NCBI GenBank assembly: GCA_963733195.1
Contig: CAVTCR010000062.1
Span: 352,001 to 416,000 of the forward strand
DNA: 64,000 bases
Origin: an uncultured delta proteobacterium
GTDB lineage: Bacteria; Desulfobacterota; Binatia; Bin18
Reading direction: 5' to 3'
Positions 43,860 to 53,311 of the stretch are shown piece after piece. A program made the translations under genes and the position numbers. The notes beneath the pieces are model-generated. The model made no database searches. It was not told the origin of the DNA and saw nothing but the letters and a program-made list of their open reading frames with translations. Numbering within the stretch: the first letter of the stretch is position 1; each line of letters starts with the position of its first letter.

Positions 43860-44809
43860 GAGGCTCTCCGGAAACCTTTATGCAGCCGCAGCATAGCGAA
43901 ATTCACGCTGGGCCGATGGAGCAAGTTTGCGCAGCATCAAGTGAATGTTGCTCAGTTGGATCATGGCAGCGGCAGATTCTGGCTTGCGCTCATAGTCCTT
44001 GCGGTTGCGTCGCGCCCGGCCATTCCACGCCTTCGTGCGCTCCACCACCCAGCGTTTACGTACAGGCGTAACCCCCGTGCTGCCTGCTGGCCGGGCCTTC
44101 CCCTCGATTCTCCAGCCCGGCCGCTTCTTCGTCAGCCACTCTTCGAGCGCCTGATGGTGATACTTGGTATCGCCAAAGATCGTCGGCAGGCGGGGACCGT
44201 CTGGCACGCTGATTTGCGCAAGTACCATTGCCGCCGCGACCCCCTCATCGACCTGTGCCCTCGTAATCACGACAGCCATGAGTAACCCCAGGGTATCCAC
44301 CAGCAAATGCCGCGTGCGACCCTTGATTTTCTTCCCCCCGTCATAACCGCGTTCCTTGCCGCCGATCTCGGTGGTCTTCACCGATTGACTCTCGATGCAC
44401 GCGGCACTGGGAGTGGACTCCCGCCCCGCTTCCCGACGCACCCGCTCCCGCAAGGCCGTCAGAATCTTGCTCCCAGTTCCCTCCTCGCGCCACTGCGCAA
44501 AATAGTCATAGCCGCTACTTTTGGCCAGCAAGTCCTGCGGCCGCCTCTCCCCTTGGCAGCCACTGCGGTTCAGATACAAGAGCGTGTTGAGTACCTCGCG
44601 CCTGTCGAGTTCCCGGGGGCGGCCTCCCCGAGTGTAGCGGGGGGCGGGAATCAGAGGTTCTATGATTGCCCATTGAGCATCCGTGAGATCCGAAGGATAC
44701 GCCTTCCGCTTTTCATGCTCCTCCGCCATCCTTGCTCCCTCCTATGCTTGCTCAATGTTGCCCTCCCTCTTACCACATCTTTTGCCAAAATCAGTTTCCG
44801 GAGAGCCTC
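43860..44809 (-). mobile_element. IS5-family element (IS1031-like), 16-bp perfect terminal inverted repeats
   Basis: GAGGCTCTCCGGAAAC ... GTTTCCGGAGAGCCTC; flanks TCA / TAA. Confidence 0.9.
43878..44729 (-). CDS. IS5-family transposase, probably degenerate
   Basis: YPSDLTDAQW, GYDGGKKIKG, LLVDTLG, RWVVERT; consensus IDSQSVK reads IESQSVK and GCQW reads GCQG. Confidence 0.85.
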   Translation of the reverse strand: MAEEHEKRKAYPSDLTDAQWAIIEPLIPAPRYTRGGRPRELDRREVLNTLLYLNRSGCQGERRPQDLLAKSSGYDYFAQWREEGTGSKILTALRERVRREAGRESTPSAACIESQSVKTTEIGGKERGYDGGKKIKGRTRHLLVDTLGLLMAVVITRAQVDEGVAAAMVLAQISVPDGPRLPTIFGDTKYHHQALEEWLTKKRPGWRIEGKARPAGSTGVTPVRKRWVVERTKAWNGRARRNRKDYERKPESAAAMIQLSNIHLMLRKLAPSAQREFRYAAAA

Positions 44810-45140
44810 TAACATGCGTGCCGTGAGCGCTTGCGATTCGAGCAGCATGGTTGCAAGCGCTCTCGTGCTGTCCGCCACGACTTGCGCGATCCGCTCCTGT
44901 CCTTGCGCGATCCGCTCCTGTCCCCTGTGCAATCTGCTCTTGCCCTTGGGCGATTCGTTCTTGTCCCTGCTGGAGCCGTTCCTGTCCTTTGCTGATCTCA
45001 CTCAATGCCACGATGGTTGCCTGGTTCTGTCGTTCTTGTCGCTCGGACGATTGTTGTAGCCACGCAACAAGCTGGGCATTCCCTTCACGCATTTCGGCTG
45101 CGAGCGTCAGAATTGCCTCAGTTGTACTAGTTCGTGCCAT
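44810..45140 (-). pseudogene. Small coiled-coil protein with 21-bp (GQERIAQ) tandem repeats; 3' end cut by IS5
   Basis: MARTSTTEAILTLAAEMREG..KGQERLQQGQERIAQGQEQIAQ.GQERIAQGQERIAQVV; the frame continues ML-ELTRDIHTRIT beyond the IS (from 43856 leftward). Confidence 0.6.
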
Positions 45141-45204
45141 GTACGTTGTTCCTTTCTAATAAGAGATTTTTAGCGCGTGACATTGTCGTGGGCAATCTCT
45201 TTTT

Positions 45205-45238
45205 AGGCGTTGAGCACTTCAGACAGAGGCGAGCGATC
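45205..45238 (+). repeat. Partial orphan repeat C plus flank shared with unit B
   Basis: aggcgttgagcacttcagacagaggcgagcgat versus agacgttgagcacttcagacagagacgagagat at 40966. Confidence 0.75.
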
Positions 45239-45377
45239 AAATCGTGCATGTAACTCTTTTCCTACCTCGTTACCATCTATCCTAAAGTAGTCCCTCCTGG
45301 GCTCGATACTTCCCAAAGCAGTCACCAAACATCTCCGTATCGTTTTGCTTGGTGGAGTACGGAAAAGGGGGAATTTC

Positions 45378-46249
45378 ATGCAACGTCTCTTCGCTTTTGC
45401 GGTCACTACTACACTGTGGTTGTCCACATCGTGGGCGCTAGCCGAGTTTTCCACATCGATTATGAAACCGACACCAGTAGATGCCAATGGCGTCATTAGT
45501 GCACCGTTCCCTAGCGGTGGGCAAAGCACCTTGTATTATTTTTCTGTTGAGGCGCAACCTGGTGATCTCCTCACGCAGATCTCTTATCAAGGACGGGCCA
45601 GAGCGGATAAACAGTTAGAACTGTCGCTGATCAACGAGAATGGTAAGCAAGGCAACTCGTACTGGATTCATGGGTCTGATCCCATAGCAGAGGGAACTCG
45701 GAGCTTTCCTATCGACAAAAAAGGACGGCAGATAGTTCGCCTCGCTGTGCGAGGCCCTGAAACAGGGCAATTTCGAGTCGAGTTAGGTGGAACTGCTGTC
45801 AGTGGCGCGACACCCAAAAGTCCGCAACTTCACAATGGGTTTTCTCGCTCTATCTTCATACCTACTCAGGTTGGCAATGATGGCGTAATTAGCGGTTCAC
45901 TACCTGGAACTGAGGCACCAGCCGTCTACTATTTCGTCGTCAACGCTAAGGCAGGAGAGCTGCTCACACAAATTTCTTACGAAGGGCGTGACGGAGCCCA
46001 TAAAGAACTCACCCTGCGACTGCTAGGACCTGATGCGCGAAGTGCCCAATGGTACTGGATTCACGGTTCTGATCCCAAGAAGAATCAACTCGTAGTTTCC
46101 CAATCGATTCGGCCGGGCGCAAGGTGTTTTGTATCGAGGTTGCTGGACCGGCAACCGGAACCTTCCGTGTTGAGTTGGGAGGCTCTGCTTTCGTCAGTAA
46201 TAATGCAGATAAGAAAGCGCCAGTGACGACGAGTCAGGCAGCACGTTAG
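45378..46249 (+). CDS. Secreted protein with two tandem ~120-aa beta-rich (PPC-like) domains; frameshift near 46085
   Basis: Signal peptide; duplicated FSxSIxxPTxV..GVIS..YYF.V.A..GxLLTQISY.GR..YWIHGSDP..TRSFPID..GP.TG.FRVELGG. Confidence 0.7.
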
Positions 46250-46251
46250 TA

Positions 46252-46290
46252 GTCGGTCAAACGATTCTGGTGAGTACGAGTCTGACCGAC
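46252..46290. terminator. Stem-loop after the stop codon
   Basis: gtcggtca...tgaccgac inverted repeat. Confidence 0.35.
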
Positions 46291-46541
46291 AGCCTCCTCT
46301 TTCACATCAGTGCGCAACCATAGAATCGTCGGGTCGAGATTGTCATTGATACCTGCGATCGCACAGCCAATGCGGGCAAGTAAGCGAGACGACAAGACAT
46401 GGATCCGAAGACCGGACCGTCGTCCTTGCTCATTATCTCTCCAGTCTAACCTGCCCTTTGATAGAAGAGGGAACCTTAAATCCATCATTGAGAACACGAG
46501 AGCTTTTGGCTATTGTGCCCCCGGAAAAGGGAGGTCTTGTC

Positions 46542-47633
46542 GTGGCTCAACGTTCTTACCCTCCAACAGAAACCATACGCCTCGGGTTCTGGGCTCCCGT
46601 GTACGGCAACTGGATCTTCTCGAAGCATCCAGCAACACACAATGCGTCGTTCGATTATACTCGTCGATTGACAACGCTCGCTGAGGAGATCGGTTTCGCT
46701 ACCCTGCTCCTTGCCGAGCACACGTTTAATCCATTCGACGCAGAAAGTGATCAGCTCGAAACCTGGACCTCAACCGCTGGTCTCGCCACCATCACCAAAC
46801 ACATTGAGTTAATGCCTGCGGTACGACCCACGTTTAAGCATCCAGTGCTGACAGCCAAAATGGCAGGCAACATCGATCAGATGAGCGGCGGACGGATGGC
46901 GATCAATCTCGTCTCCGGCTGGTGGCAAAAAGAAAGTGATGCCATGGGAATCCCAAGTCTTCCCCATGACGATCGCTATCAACGTTCGGAGGAGTATCTC
47001 ACGATTCTCAAGGGTTTGTGGACGCAACCGCACTTCAGTTTCTCTGGTCAGTATTATCAAGTGAACGATGTCACGCTTGCCCCACTACCAGTGCGTAAAC
47101 CACACCCGCGCATTTATCTCGGTGGAGAGTCTGATATTGCCCAGCGTTTGGCTGCTAAATTAGCTGACGACTATCTTATCAATGGCCGTCCGGTTGAAGA
47201 AGTAAAGCAATTGATCGACCATATCCGGCCGTATGCGGCTGAATCTGGGCGCCGCTTGCAGTTTGGTATCAGTGCGTTTGTCATTTGCCGCAAGACTGAA
47301 GAAGAGGCGTGGAAAGAACACGCGCGCCTCCACTCCATACGCGCGGAAGAGATGATCCCAGGTGTCGATCGTAAAGTTACGATGATCCGTACTTATGCGT
47401 ATCGCGCCGGTGCAGTCGGCTCGAACGGTGGCACTGATGCAGGCCTGGTTGGCACACCACAACAGATCGCTGATCGCCTGCGTGCGTTTCACGATATCGG
47501 AGTGACGACGTTTCTCCTACAATTTCACCCGATGTTAGAAGAGATGCAACGGTTCGGTGAGGAAGTTGTGCCGCTGTTAGAAAAAGCCAACGTGTGGCAA
47601 CATCCGGCTCGCAGCGAGGCGCGTCATGTTTGA
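46542..47633 (+). CDS. LLM-class flavin-dependent monooxygenase (SsuD/SfnG-like)
   Basis: AEEIGFATLLLAEH, IDQMSGGRMAINLVSGW, HDDRY, IYLGGES, GLVGTPQQIADRL. Confidence 0.88.
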   Translation: MAQRSYPPTETIRLGFWAPVYGNWIFSKHPATHNASFDYTRRLTTLAEEIGFATLLLAEHTFNPFDAESDQLETWTSTAGLATITKHIELMPAVRPTFKHPVLTAKMAGNIDQMSGGRMAINLVSGWWQKESDAMGIPSLPHDDRYQRSEEYLTILKGLWTQPHFSFSGQYYQVNDVTLAPLPVRKPHPRIYLGGESDIAQRLAAKLADDYLINGRPVEEVKQLIDHIRPYAAESGRRLQFGISAFVICRKTEEEAWKEHARLHSIRAEEMIPGVDRKVTMIRTYAYRAGAVGSNGGTDAGLVGTPQQIADRLRAFHDIGVTTFLLQFHPMLEEMQRFGEEVVPLLEKANVWQHPARSEARHV

Positions 47634-47921
47634 TATCTCGGTCCTTCCACAGTTAATCCGTCATGATAGTGAATACTTCCACAGTGGCTCGCCAGAGGAA
47701 CAGGAACGACGGCAACGTCAGCTCGTGGCTGATAACGAAGTCTTACTGAAACCATGCTGGAGGGAATGCGGCACAACGCTGAACGCTTCTTGATAGAGAA
47801 ACTCGGCCTTGATCCGTCGGTAATGGAAGCATTTGCCCATATTCCTGAGCGTACCCGGTTCATCTACCGCACGATTGGTATTGAAGAGAGCAATTGGCCG
47901 TTATGGTTGAAGGCGGCATAA
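47626..47921 (+). CDS. Small hypothetical protein (one frameshift)
   Basis: MFDISVLPQLIRHDSEYFHSGSPEEQERRQ...MLEGMRHNAERFLIEKLGLDP...WPLWLKAA*; fills the gap between two co-oriented genes. Confidence 0.45.
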
Positions 47922-47936
47922 CACAGGAGGGACACC

Positions 47937-48989
47937 ATGAGAGCGTTGGTATTTCTTGGCGTAGGCAAAGTCGGGGTTGTTGAAAAACCAATCCCTGATC
48001 CTGGCCCCAATGATGCTGTAGTGAAAACGACGGCGTCACTTATTTGCACTTCCGATGTGCATACCGTGCGTGGTGTCATTGAAATCCCTAGCGGTCGGGG
48101 TCTCGGACATGAAAGTGTTGGCGTTGTGTCCAAGGTCGGTGCAAACGTCACCCGTTGTAAAGAAGGGGATCGTGTTGCGGTCTGCGCCATTACTCCCTGT
48201 GGACACTGTGAGAACTGTCAACGCGGTTTTACCTCACAATGTGGTGGGATGTTGGGTGGCTACAAATACACCACGCAACGCGACGGTAATCTCTCCGAGT
48301 ATTTCTTCGTCAACGATGCGGACTATAACCTCGCGCCCATTCCCAAGTCGTTGAGTGACGAACAAGCCGCGTATACGACAGATATGTTAACAACTGGTTT
48401 GGCCGGGGCTGAAAATGCCGAGATCCCTCCCGGTGGAACAGTAGCAGTTTTTGCGCAAGGACCCGTCGGTCTTGCGTCGACTATGATGTCGCGCCTTTTA
48501 GGTGCCGGGTTAGTGATCGCTGTCGAGTCCAAACCCGACCGTAAGGCATTGGCAAAGAAACTGGGGGCCGATGTTGTAGTTGATCCTACCCAAGGTGATG
48601 TCGTCGAGCAGATTCGTCAGCTCACCGGAGGTGAAGGAGTTGATTCTGCGATTGAGGCACTTGGTCATCCAGTGACGTTTGAGAATTGCATTAAGGCCAC
48701 GCGACCAGGTGGGGTGATCTCGAACGTTGGTTACCATGGTGAGGCTGGGAATACTTTACAAATCCCACTACCGGACTTCGGCCTTGGCATGGGAGACAAG
48801 CAGATTCGCACGGCACTGTGCCCCGGTGGGCGCGAGCGGATGATGCGTTTACTGCGACTCTTGGAGAGTGGTCGAATTGATCCGACGCCGATGACCACCC
48901 ATCGTTTTCCGTTTTCACAAGTTGAGCGGGCGTTTCAGATGATGGAAACGAAAGAAGATAACATCGTGAAACCGTTGATTACGTTCTAG
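47937..48989 (+). CDS. Zn-dependent NAD(P) alcohol dehydrogenase (secondary ADH-like)
   Basis: ICTSDVH, GHESVG, CGHCENC, DMLTTG, VFAQGPVG. Confidence 0.92.
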   Translation: MRALVFLGVGKVGVVEKPIPDPGPNDAVVKTTASLICTSDVHTVRGVIEIPSGRGLGHESVGVVSKVGANVTRCKEGDRVAVCAITPCGHCENCQRGFTSQCGGMLGGYKYTTQRDGNLSEYFFVNDADYNLAPIPKSLSDEQAAYTTDMLTTGLAGAENAEIPPGGTVAVFAQGPVGLASTMMSRLLGAGLVIAVESKPDRKALAKKLGADVVVDPTQGDVVEQIRQLTGGEGVDSAIEALGHPVTFENCIKATRPGGVISNVGYHGEAGNTLQIPLPDFGLGMGDKQIRTALCPGGRERMMRLLRLLESGRIDPTPMTTHRFPFSQVERAFQMMETKEDNIVKPLITF

Positions 48990-49014
48990 TGGATGACCAT
49001 GGAAATTTTGAGTA

Positions 49015-49275
49015 GGGAAAGATTGCTTCGTCGCGGAGTTTATCCTGAGCGTGTCGAAGGGCTCCGCGCAATGACAGCCCTCCTTGTCATTGCGAGTTAT
49101 CCATAGCGCAGTACGCTAAGCATGGAGGCAGAAACTGGATGCGCCTGAATTCCGGGTCTCGCGGTGCTCGCCCGGAATGACGGGTATGTCGTCTGCGTCA
49201 TTCCAGCGCAAGCTGGAATCCAGGGGGCAGTGGGCGGAGCATTTTGTTTCTGAGCAGCGCAACGAAGCAATCTCC
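49015..49275. repeat. Cluster of REP/MITE-like palindromes
   Basis: gattgcttcg..gagtttatcctgagcgtgtcgaaggg..gcaatgac..gtcattgcgag; ccggaatgacg..cgtcattccagcgcaagctggaatccag; cgaagcaatctc. Confidence 0.7.
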
Positions 49276-49335
49276 CCGCGCGATCACAGACTGACCTGTC
49301 AAAATCTCTGTGGTCGACCACTAGGGTGAAGATCG

Positions 49336-49749
49336 CTATGTCTGGACTGGCATAAACACCGGCACCCAGATCTCCTCCGTCACCTTTCGCAACTGAATTT
49401 CCCCTTCCAAGCCAATCACGACAGATTCCACTGGACACTCGACCACTTGCAGGACCATACGCACTCCTTCAGCGAGATCGACAAGTGCGACGGCATAAGA
49501 AATTTCGCCGGTATATGCCGGATGAAATGCACGGTGATAGACCACGAAGCTGTGAATAGTCCCGCGACGTGACACAGGAAGCCAGCGGGATTCGAGCGAT
49601 CCGCAGCGTGAACACACCAGGACAGGTGGATAACGCCAGGATTCACAGGAAGTGCACCGCTGGAGCAACAGTTGACCACGTCGACAGCCGTCCCAGAACG
49701 GTGCGGAATCGGGAGTGATGATAGGAAGCGGTTGCAAAATAGCAGGCAT
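49336..49749 (-). CDS. DUF35 Zn-ribbon/OB-fold protein
   Basis: PFWDG..LLLQRCTSC..YPP..CSRCGS, GTIHSFVV, ALVDLAEGVRM. Confidence 0.9.
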   Translation of the reverse strand: MPAILQPLPIITPDSAPFWDGCRRGQLLLQRCTSCESWRYPPVLVCSRCGSLESRWLPVSRRGTIHSFVVYHRAFHPAYTGEISYAVALVDLAEGVRMVLQVVECPVESVVIGLEGEIQLRKVTEEIWVPVFMPVQT

Positions 49750-49838
49750 AAGGAAAAATCTATAGTTGTTGAGTGATACCTGTTACGTGATTCGTGGTGC
49801 GTGGTGCATTTTCTACATCACGTTCCACGCCTCACGTT

Positions 49839-51007
49839 TTACGTCGTCCCCAAGAGTAGGGTGGCATGCGCGGCCAACACTCCAGCACCACCACTGACGA
49901 GACCGACTTGAGCGTTCGGCACTTGCCGTACTCCAGCCTGGCCGCGTAACTGTTTCACTGCTTCAGTCACATGCAAAATACCATCAGCGTGTGCTTGTGA
50001 GAGTAATCCTCCGTGTGTATTCACCGGAAGTTCTCCTCCCAAGCCGATGCGTCCACCTTCGACAAAGGAACCGCCTTCACCTTTGGCGCAAAAGCCGTAA
50101 TCTTCTAATTGCACTAAAACCGTGTACGTAAACGAATCGTACAGTTCGGCGAAATCAATATCCCGGCACGACACGCCTGCCATTTGTAATGCAGATGGTC
50201 CAGATTTAACTGCTCCACAGGATGTGACGTCTTCGTCTTGCATTAGATAACGATGGGGATGCGATTCTCCATACCCGAGAACAGCCACCGGCTTCTGCGG
50301 CAGATCGAAGCTGCACGTTCATGTTGTCGTCACGATAAACGCCCCACCGTAATCGGAAACGAGCGAGCAATCAGGCAAGCGGAACGGCTCGACGATCCAC
50401 GGAGCAGCGGAAGGTAATCGTCAAGTGTGAGCGGTTTACGTATTTGCGCATTATCAGTCAACAATGCATGCTGTCGCTGCATAACAGCGATCATTCCTAA
50501 TTGTTCAGGCGTCGTCCCATAGCGATGCATGTGTCGTTTCGCCGCAAGTGCATATCCCGCCGGTGGACCGATCAAGACCAAACGGTTCTTCCCAGTCTTC
50601 GTACCCCCAATGCAATTTGCCGTGTGTTGGATGAGGGGACTTATTGTAGCTCAACCAGTTCTCACCAAAGGCAACAAGTACGGTGTGACACACATCGGCT
50701 TCGATAGCTCGCGCTGCCTCGGCCAAGGGCAAGAATTGGCGTACATCCACCGACATGCAGATCATGGCCATAACGCAATCGTAATCCCCAAGGGACTCGG
50801 CCAAGCTGATCAGTAAAGAGAAACGTTGGCTCTTGATAGGGAGCCTTGCTGAGGCAACCATCAATGTCTCTGAGTGTGAGTCCCGGCATCTAGCAAAGCA
50901 CGTGAGACTGATTGCACAGTCAAGGACATACTGGTGCTGTTCGGCACTAAGCCAAGCGTACTTTCTCCAATGCCAACGATGCAAATGTGTGGATGACTAC
51001 GTACCAT
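49839..51007 (-). CDS. Thiolase-family (SCP-x-like/aldolase-type) protein; frameshifted
   Basis: CIVGIGES, YALAAKRHMHRYGTT, FAELYDSFT, LEDYGFCAKGEGG, LPVNTHGGLLS; paired with DUF35. Confidence 0.85.
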
Positions 51008-51196
51008 TCCTTCTCCGTCCGGTTGTTGCTCGTGCGCATGGTGCACGCTACTGAGCTGGGTTCAGCATCCTGCGCCCCTACAAGACGGCGCTCCGGCAAG
51101 GTTTGTTTCCCTCTTGTCCTTCTCGTGAGCGGTCAGTATCGTATGGTTCCGTACCATCCGCAGGTATATCCAGCAAGATGTAGGAAGGAGGACTTC

Positions 51197-52426
51197 ATGG
51201 CTTTTTACCAACTCGATCCTGAAGTCACCCCACAAGAAGTGGGCATGGACAGCACAACAGTCAACAAACTCACAACGCTATTCCGTACAGAAGTCGAGTC
51301 AGGAAAATTATTTTGGGGTGCCCAGCTCGCCGTATTTCGACGTGGCAAGCGTGTTCTCGACATCGGCGGAGGACTTGCCCGCGCAAGCGATCAGAAGCCC
51401 ATTACTCCAGAAAGCATGTTCGTCCTCTTTTCTTCGACCAAAGGCCTCGCTGCACTGGCAATGCATATGCTGCAAGATCGAGGTCGCTTCCAGTACAGCG
51501 ATCTCGTTTCTCGTTACTGGCCAGAGTTCGCTCGTAATGGCAAAGAACGGGCGACGATTGCCCATGTTCTCGGTCATCGTATTGGCAACACGATTGGGCC
51601 AGATTGGTTAACCTACAAACTGTGGGGAGATCGGCAGAAGTGTGCGCAAGCGATGGAAGAATTAACGCCGCGCTGGACGCCGGGTGAAGCGAGCGGTTAC
51701 CATCCGCTCAACTACGGCTTCATGATCAACGAGTTGATGTTGCGCATCGACGGACGCGATTGTGGACAATTTCTTCGCGAAGAAGTGTTTACGCCGCTAG
51801 GACTGAACAGCGTGTTTGTTGGCTTACCCGAGTCCGAAGAAGCGCGTGTGGCCTGTGTCTATGAAGCCCCGGCAGACCGTGCGTCAATCACGCAGATGGC
51901 GACGATGATGGGTTTCACTCCTGATGAAGAATACTTTGCGTTTCAGCGATTGCTCAATTTTGATGAAAAGATAGAGGGGCAGTCGCTGCCTTTTCCTGAG
52001 GCGGCAAATATCTTCAACCGTCCAGAAGTACATCGTGTGGTCGTTGCCGGTGGTGGGGGTATTGGCTCTGCTCGTGATATGGCGAAAGTCTATGCCATGC
52101 TCGCTTGCGGAGCGGAATGGGAAGGCACGCGTTATCTCTCTACAGAAACCTTGCAACGTTCGATTACGCCAACCAACGAGAAGGGTGACATCGATCGTTC
52201 GTTGCGCATTCCGATCATCTACGGATTGGGCTGGATGCTTGGACATCTTGCGCGCGGGGCAAGCTTGCGCACGTTCGGTCATCCCGGCAAAGGTGGGCAG
52301 GTGTGTCTCGCTGACCTTGATCGTGAGTTGTCGTTCTCGTTTCTCAATACCGGCCAGAAAGACTATGCCGGGTTTGCCCAGTTTTCGATCGAACTCGTTT
52401 CCCTTGCCCTTGATGCGTGTCGATAA
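51197..52426 (+). CDS. Serine hydrolase, class C beta-lactamase/esterase family
   Basis: FSSTK (SxxK), YWPEFARNGKE, GYH..NYG, FGHPG. Confidence 0.88.
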   Translation: MAFYQLDPEVTPQEVGMDSTTVNKLTTLFRTEVESGKLFWGAQLAVFRRGKRVLDIGGGLARASDQKPITPESMFVLFSSTKGLAALAMHMLQDRGRFQYSDLVSRYWPEFARNGKERATIAHVLGHRIGNTIGPDWLTYKLWGDRQKCAQAMEELTPRWTPGEASGYHPLNYGFMINELMLRIDGRDCGQFLREEVFTPLGLNSVFVGLPESEEARVACVYEAPADRASITQMATMMGFTPDEEYFAFQRLLNFDEKIEGQSLPFPEAANIFNRPEVHRVVVAGGGGIGSARDMAKVYAMLACGAEWEGTRYLSTETLQRSITPTNEKGDIDRSLRIPIIYGLGWMLGHLARGASLRTFGHPGKGGQVCLADLDRELSFSFLNTGQKDYAGFAQFSIELVSLALDACR

Positions 52427-52432
52427 ACGACA

Positions 52433-53065
52433 ATGAAACGCCTTCTCCTCACCTGCAGTATATGGGGGCTGTGGGTTGTCGCTGCCGGTGCAGCTTCCGG
52501 TCCAGAGTTCGGAATTCGTCTGTTCAACGATAAACAATGGACCACGGCACAACAGTTTTTCGAATCGTTCACCGCAAAACATCCGACTGACGCGGTGGGA
52601 GCATTCTATCTTGGACGCACGTTGTTTGAACAAGAGCAATACGAGCAAGCTATAGAATGGTTAGAAAAAGCGGCTTTGCTCAATAGCGGCGACTCATATT
52701 ATCACCTTTGGTTAGGACGTGCGTACGGTAATAGTGCACAGCGAGCAAGCATTCTGTGGCAATTTCCCCTTGCCCGTAAAGTCAGGATCCACTTTGAAAA
52801 AGCGGTTAAACTTGACCCAGACAATGTCGATGCACGTGCTGACTTAGCAGAGTACTACCTCAAAGCGCCGCGTATTCTTGGTGGGGGAAAAGAAAAGGCC
52901 GAAGCCCAAGCCCATGAAATTTCATACCGCAATTTACAGGAAGGGTTACGCGTTTGGCGGATGATTGCTGCAGAGAGTGCACAGGAATACGTCGAGGCAG
53001 AGCAAGAACGACAGAAACAGCTACAGGAGAGCGAAGCGACATTGGGGAAAAGAGTTTTGCCATGA
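52433..53065 (+). CDS. Secreted TPR protein
   Basis: Signal peptide; [39 protein letters not shown]. Confidence 0.8.
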   Translation: MKRLLLTCSIWGLWVVAAGAASGPEFGIRLFNDKQWTTAQQFFESFTAKHPTDAVGAFYLGRTLFEQEQYEQAIEWLEKAALLNSGDSYYHLWLGRAYGNSAQRASILWQFPLARKVRIHFEKAVKLDPDNVDARADLAEYYLKAPRILGGGKEKAEAQAHEISYRNLQEGLRVWRMIAAESAQEYVEAEQERQKQLQESEATLGKRVLP

Positions 53066-53247
53066 ACTTCACTCACAAATACATACAAACGAATGGTATC
53101 CGGATGCATGTAGTCGAAGCTGGCAGCGGGTTTCCTGTGCTCTTATGCCACGGGTTTCCTGAGTTATGGTACTCCTGGCGGCACCAACTCAAGGAGAAGC
53201 CCGTAGAGGTGAATGCGGCGTTGTTGGAGTTTTTGCGGGAGTTCTGA
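53062..53247 (+). pseudogene. Epoxide-hydrolase-like alpha/beta hydrolase with a large internal deletion
   Basis: [33 protein letters not shown] joined directly to the C-terminal [14 protein letters not shown]. Confidence 0.8.
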
Positions 53248-53257
53248 AAGTAAGAAT

Positions 53258-53288
53258 AGGAGAGGCGCAGACTATCTGCGCCTCTCCT
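53258..53288. terminator. Strong hairpin between convergent genes
   Basis: aggagaggcgcaga-cta-tctgcgcctctcct, 14-bp perfect stem. Confidence 0.75.
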
Positions 53289-53311
53289 TGCTCTGTATAC
53301 GGTGCAGATCG

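Noticed and set aside
40079-46290. Classical integron or CALIN cassette array
   Set aside because: No integron integrase, no canonical RYYYAAC/GTTRRRY attC pairs, and the cassettes are in mixed orientation.
51197-52426. Beta-lactam resistance gene
   Set aside because: An SxxK hydrolase without a signal peptide, of the esterase type; resistance is not supported.
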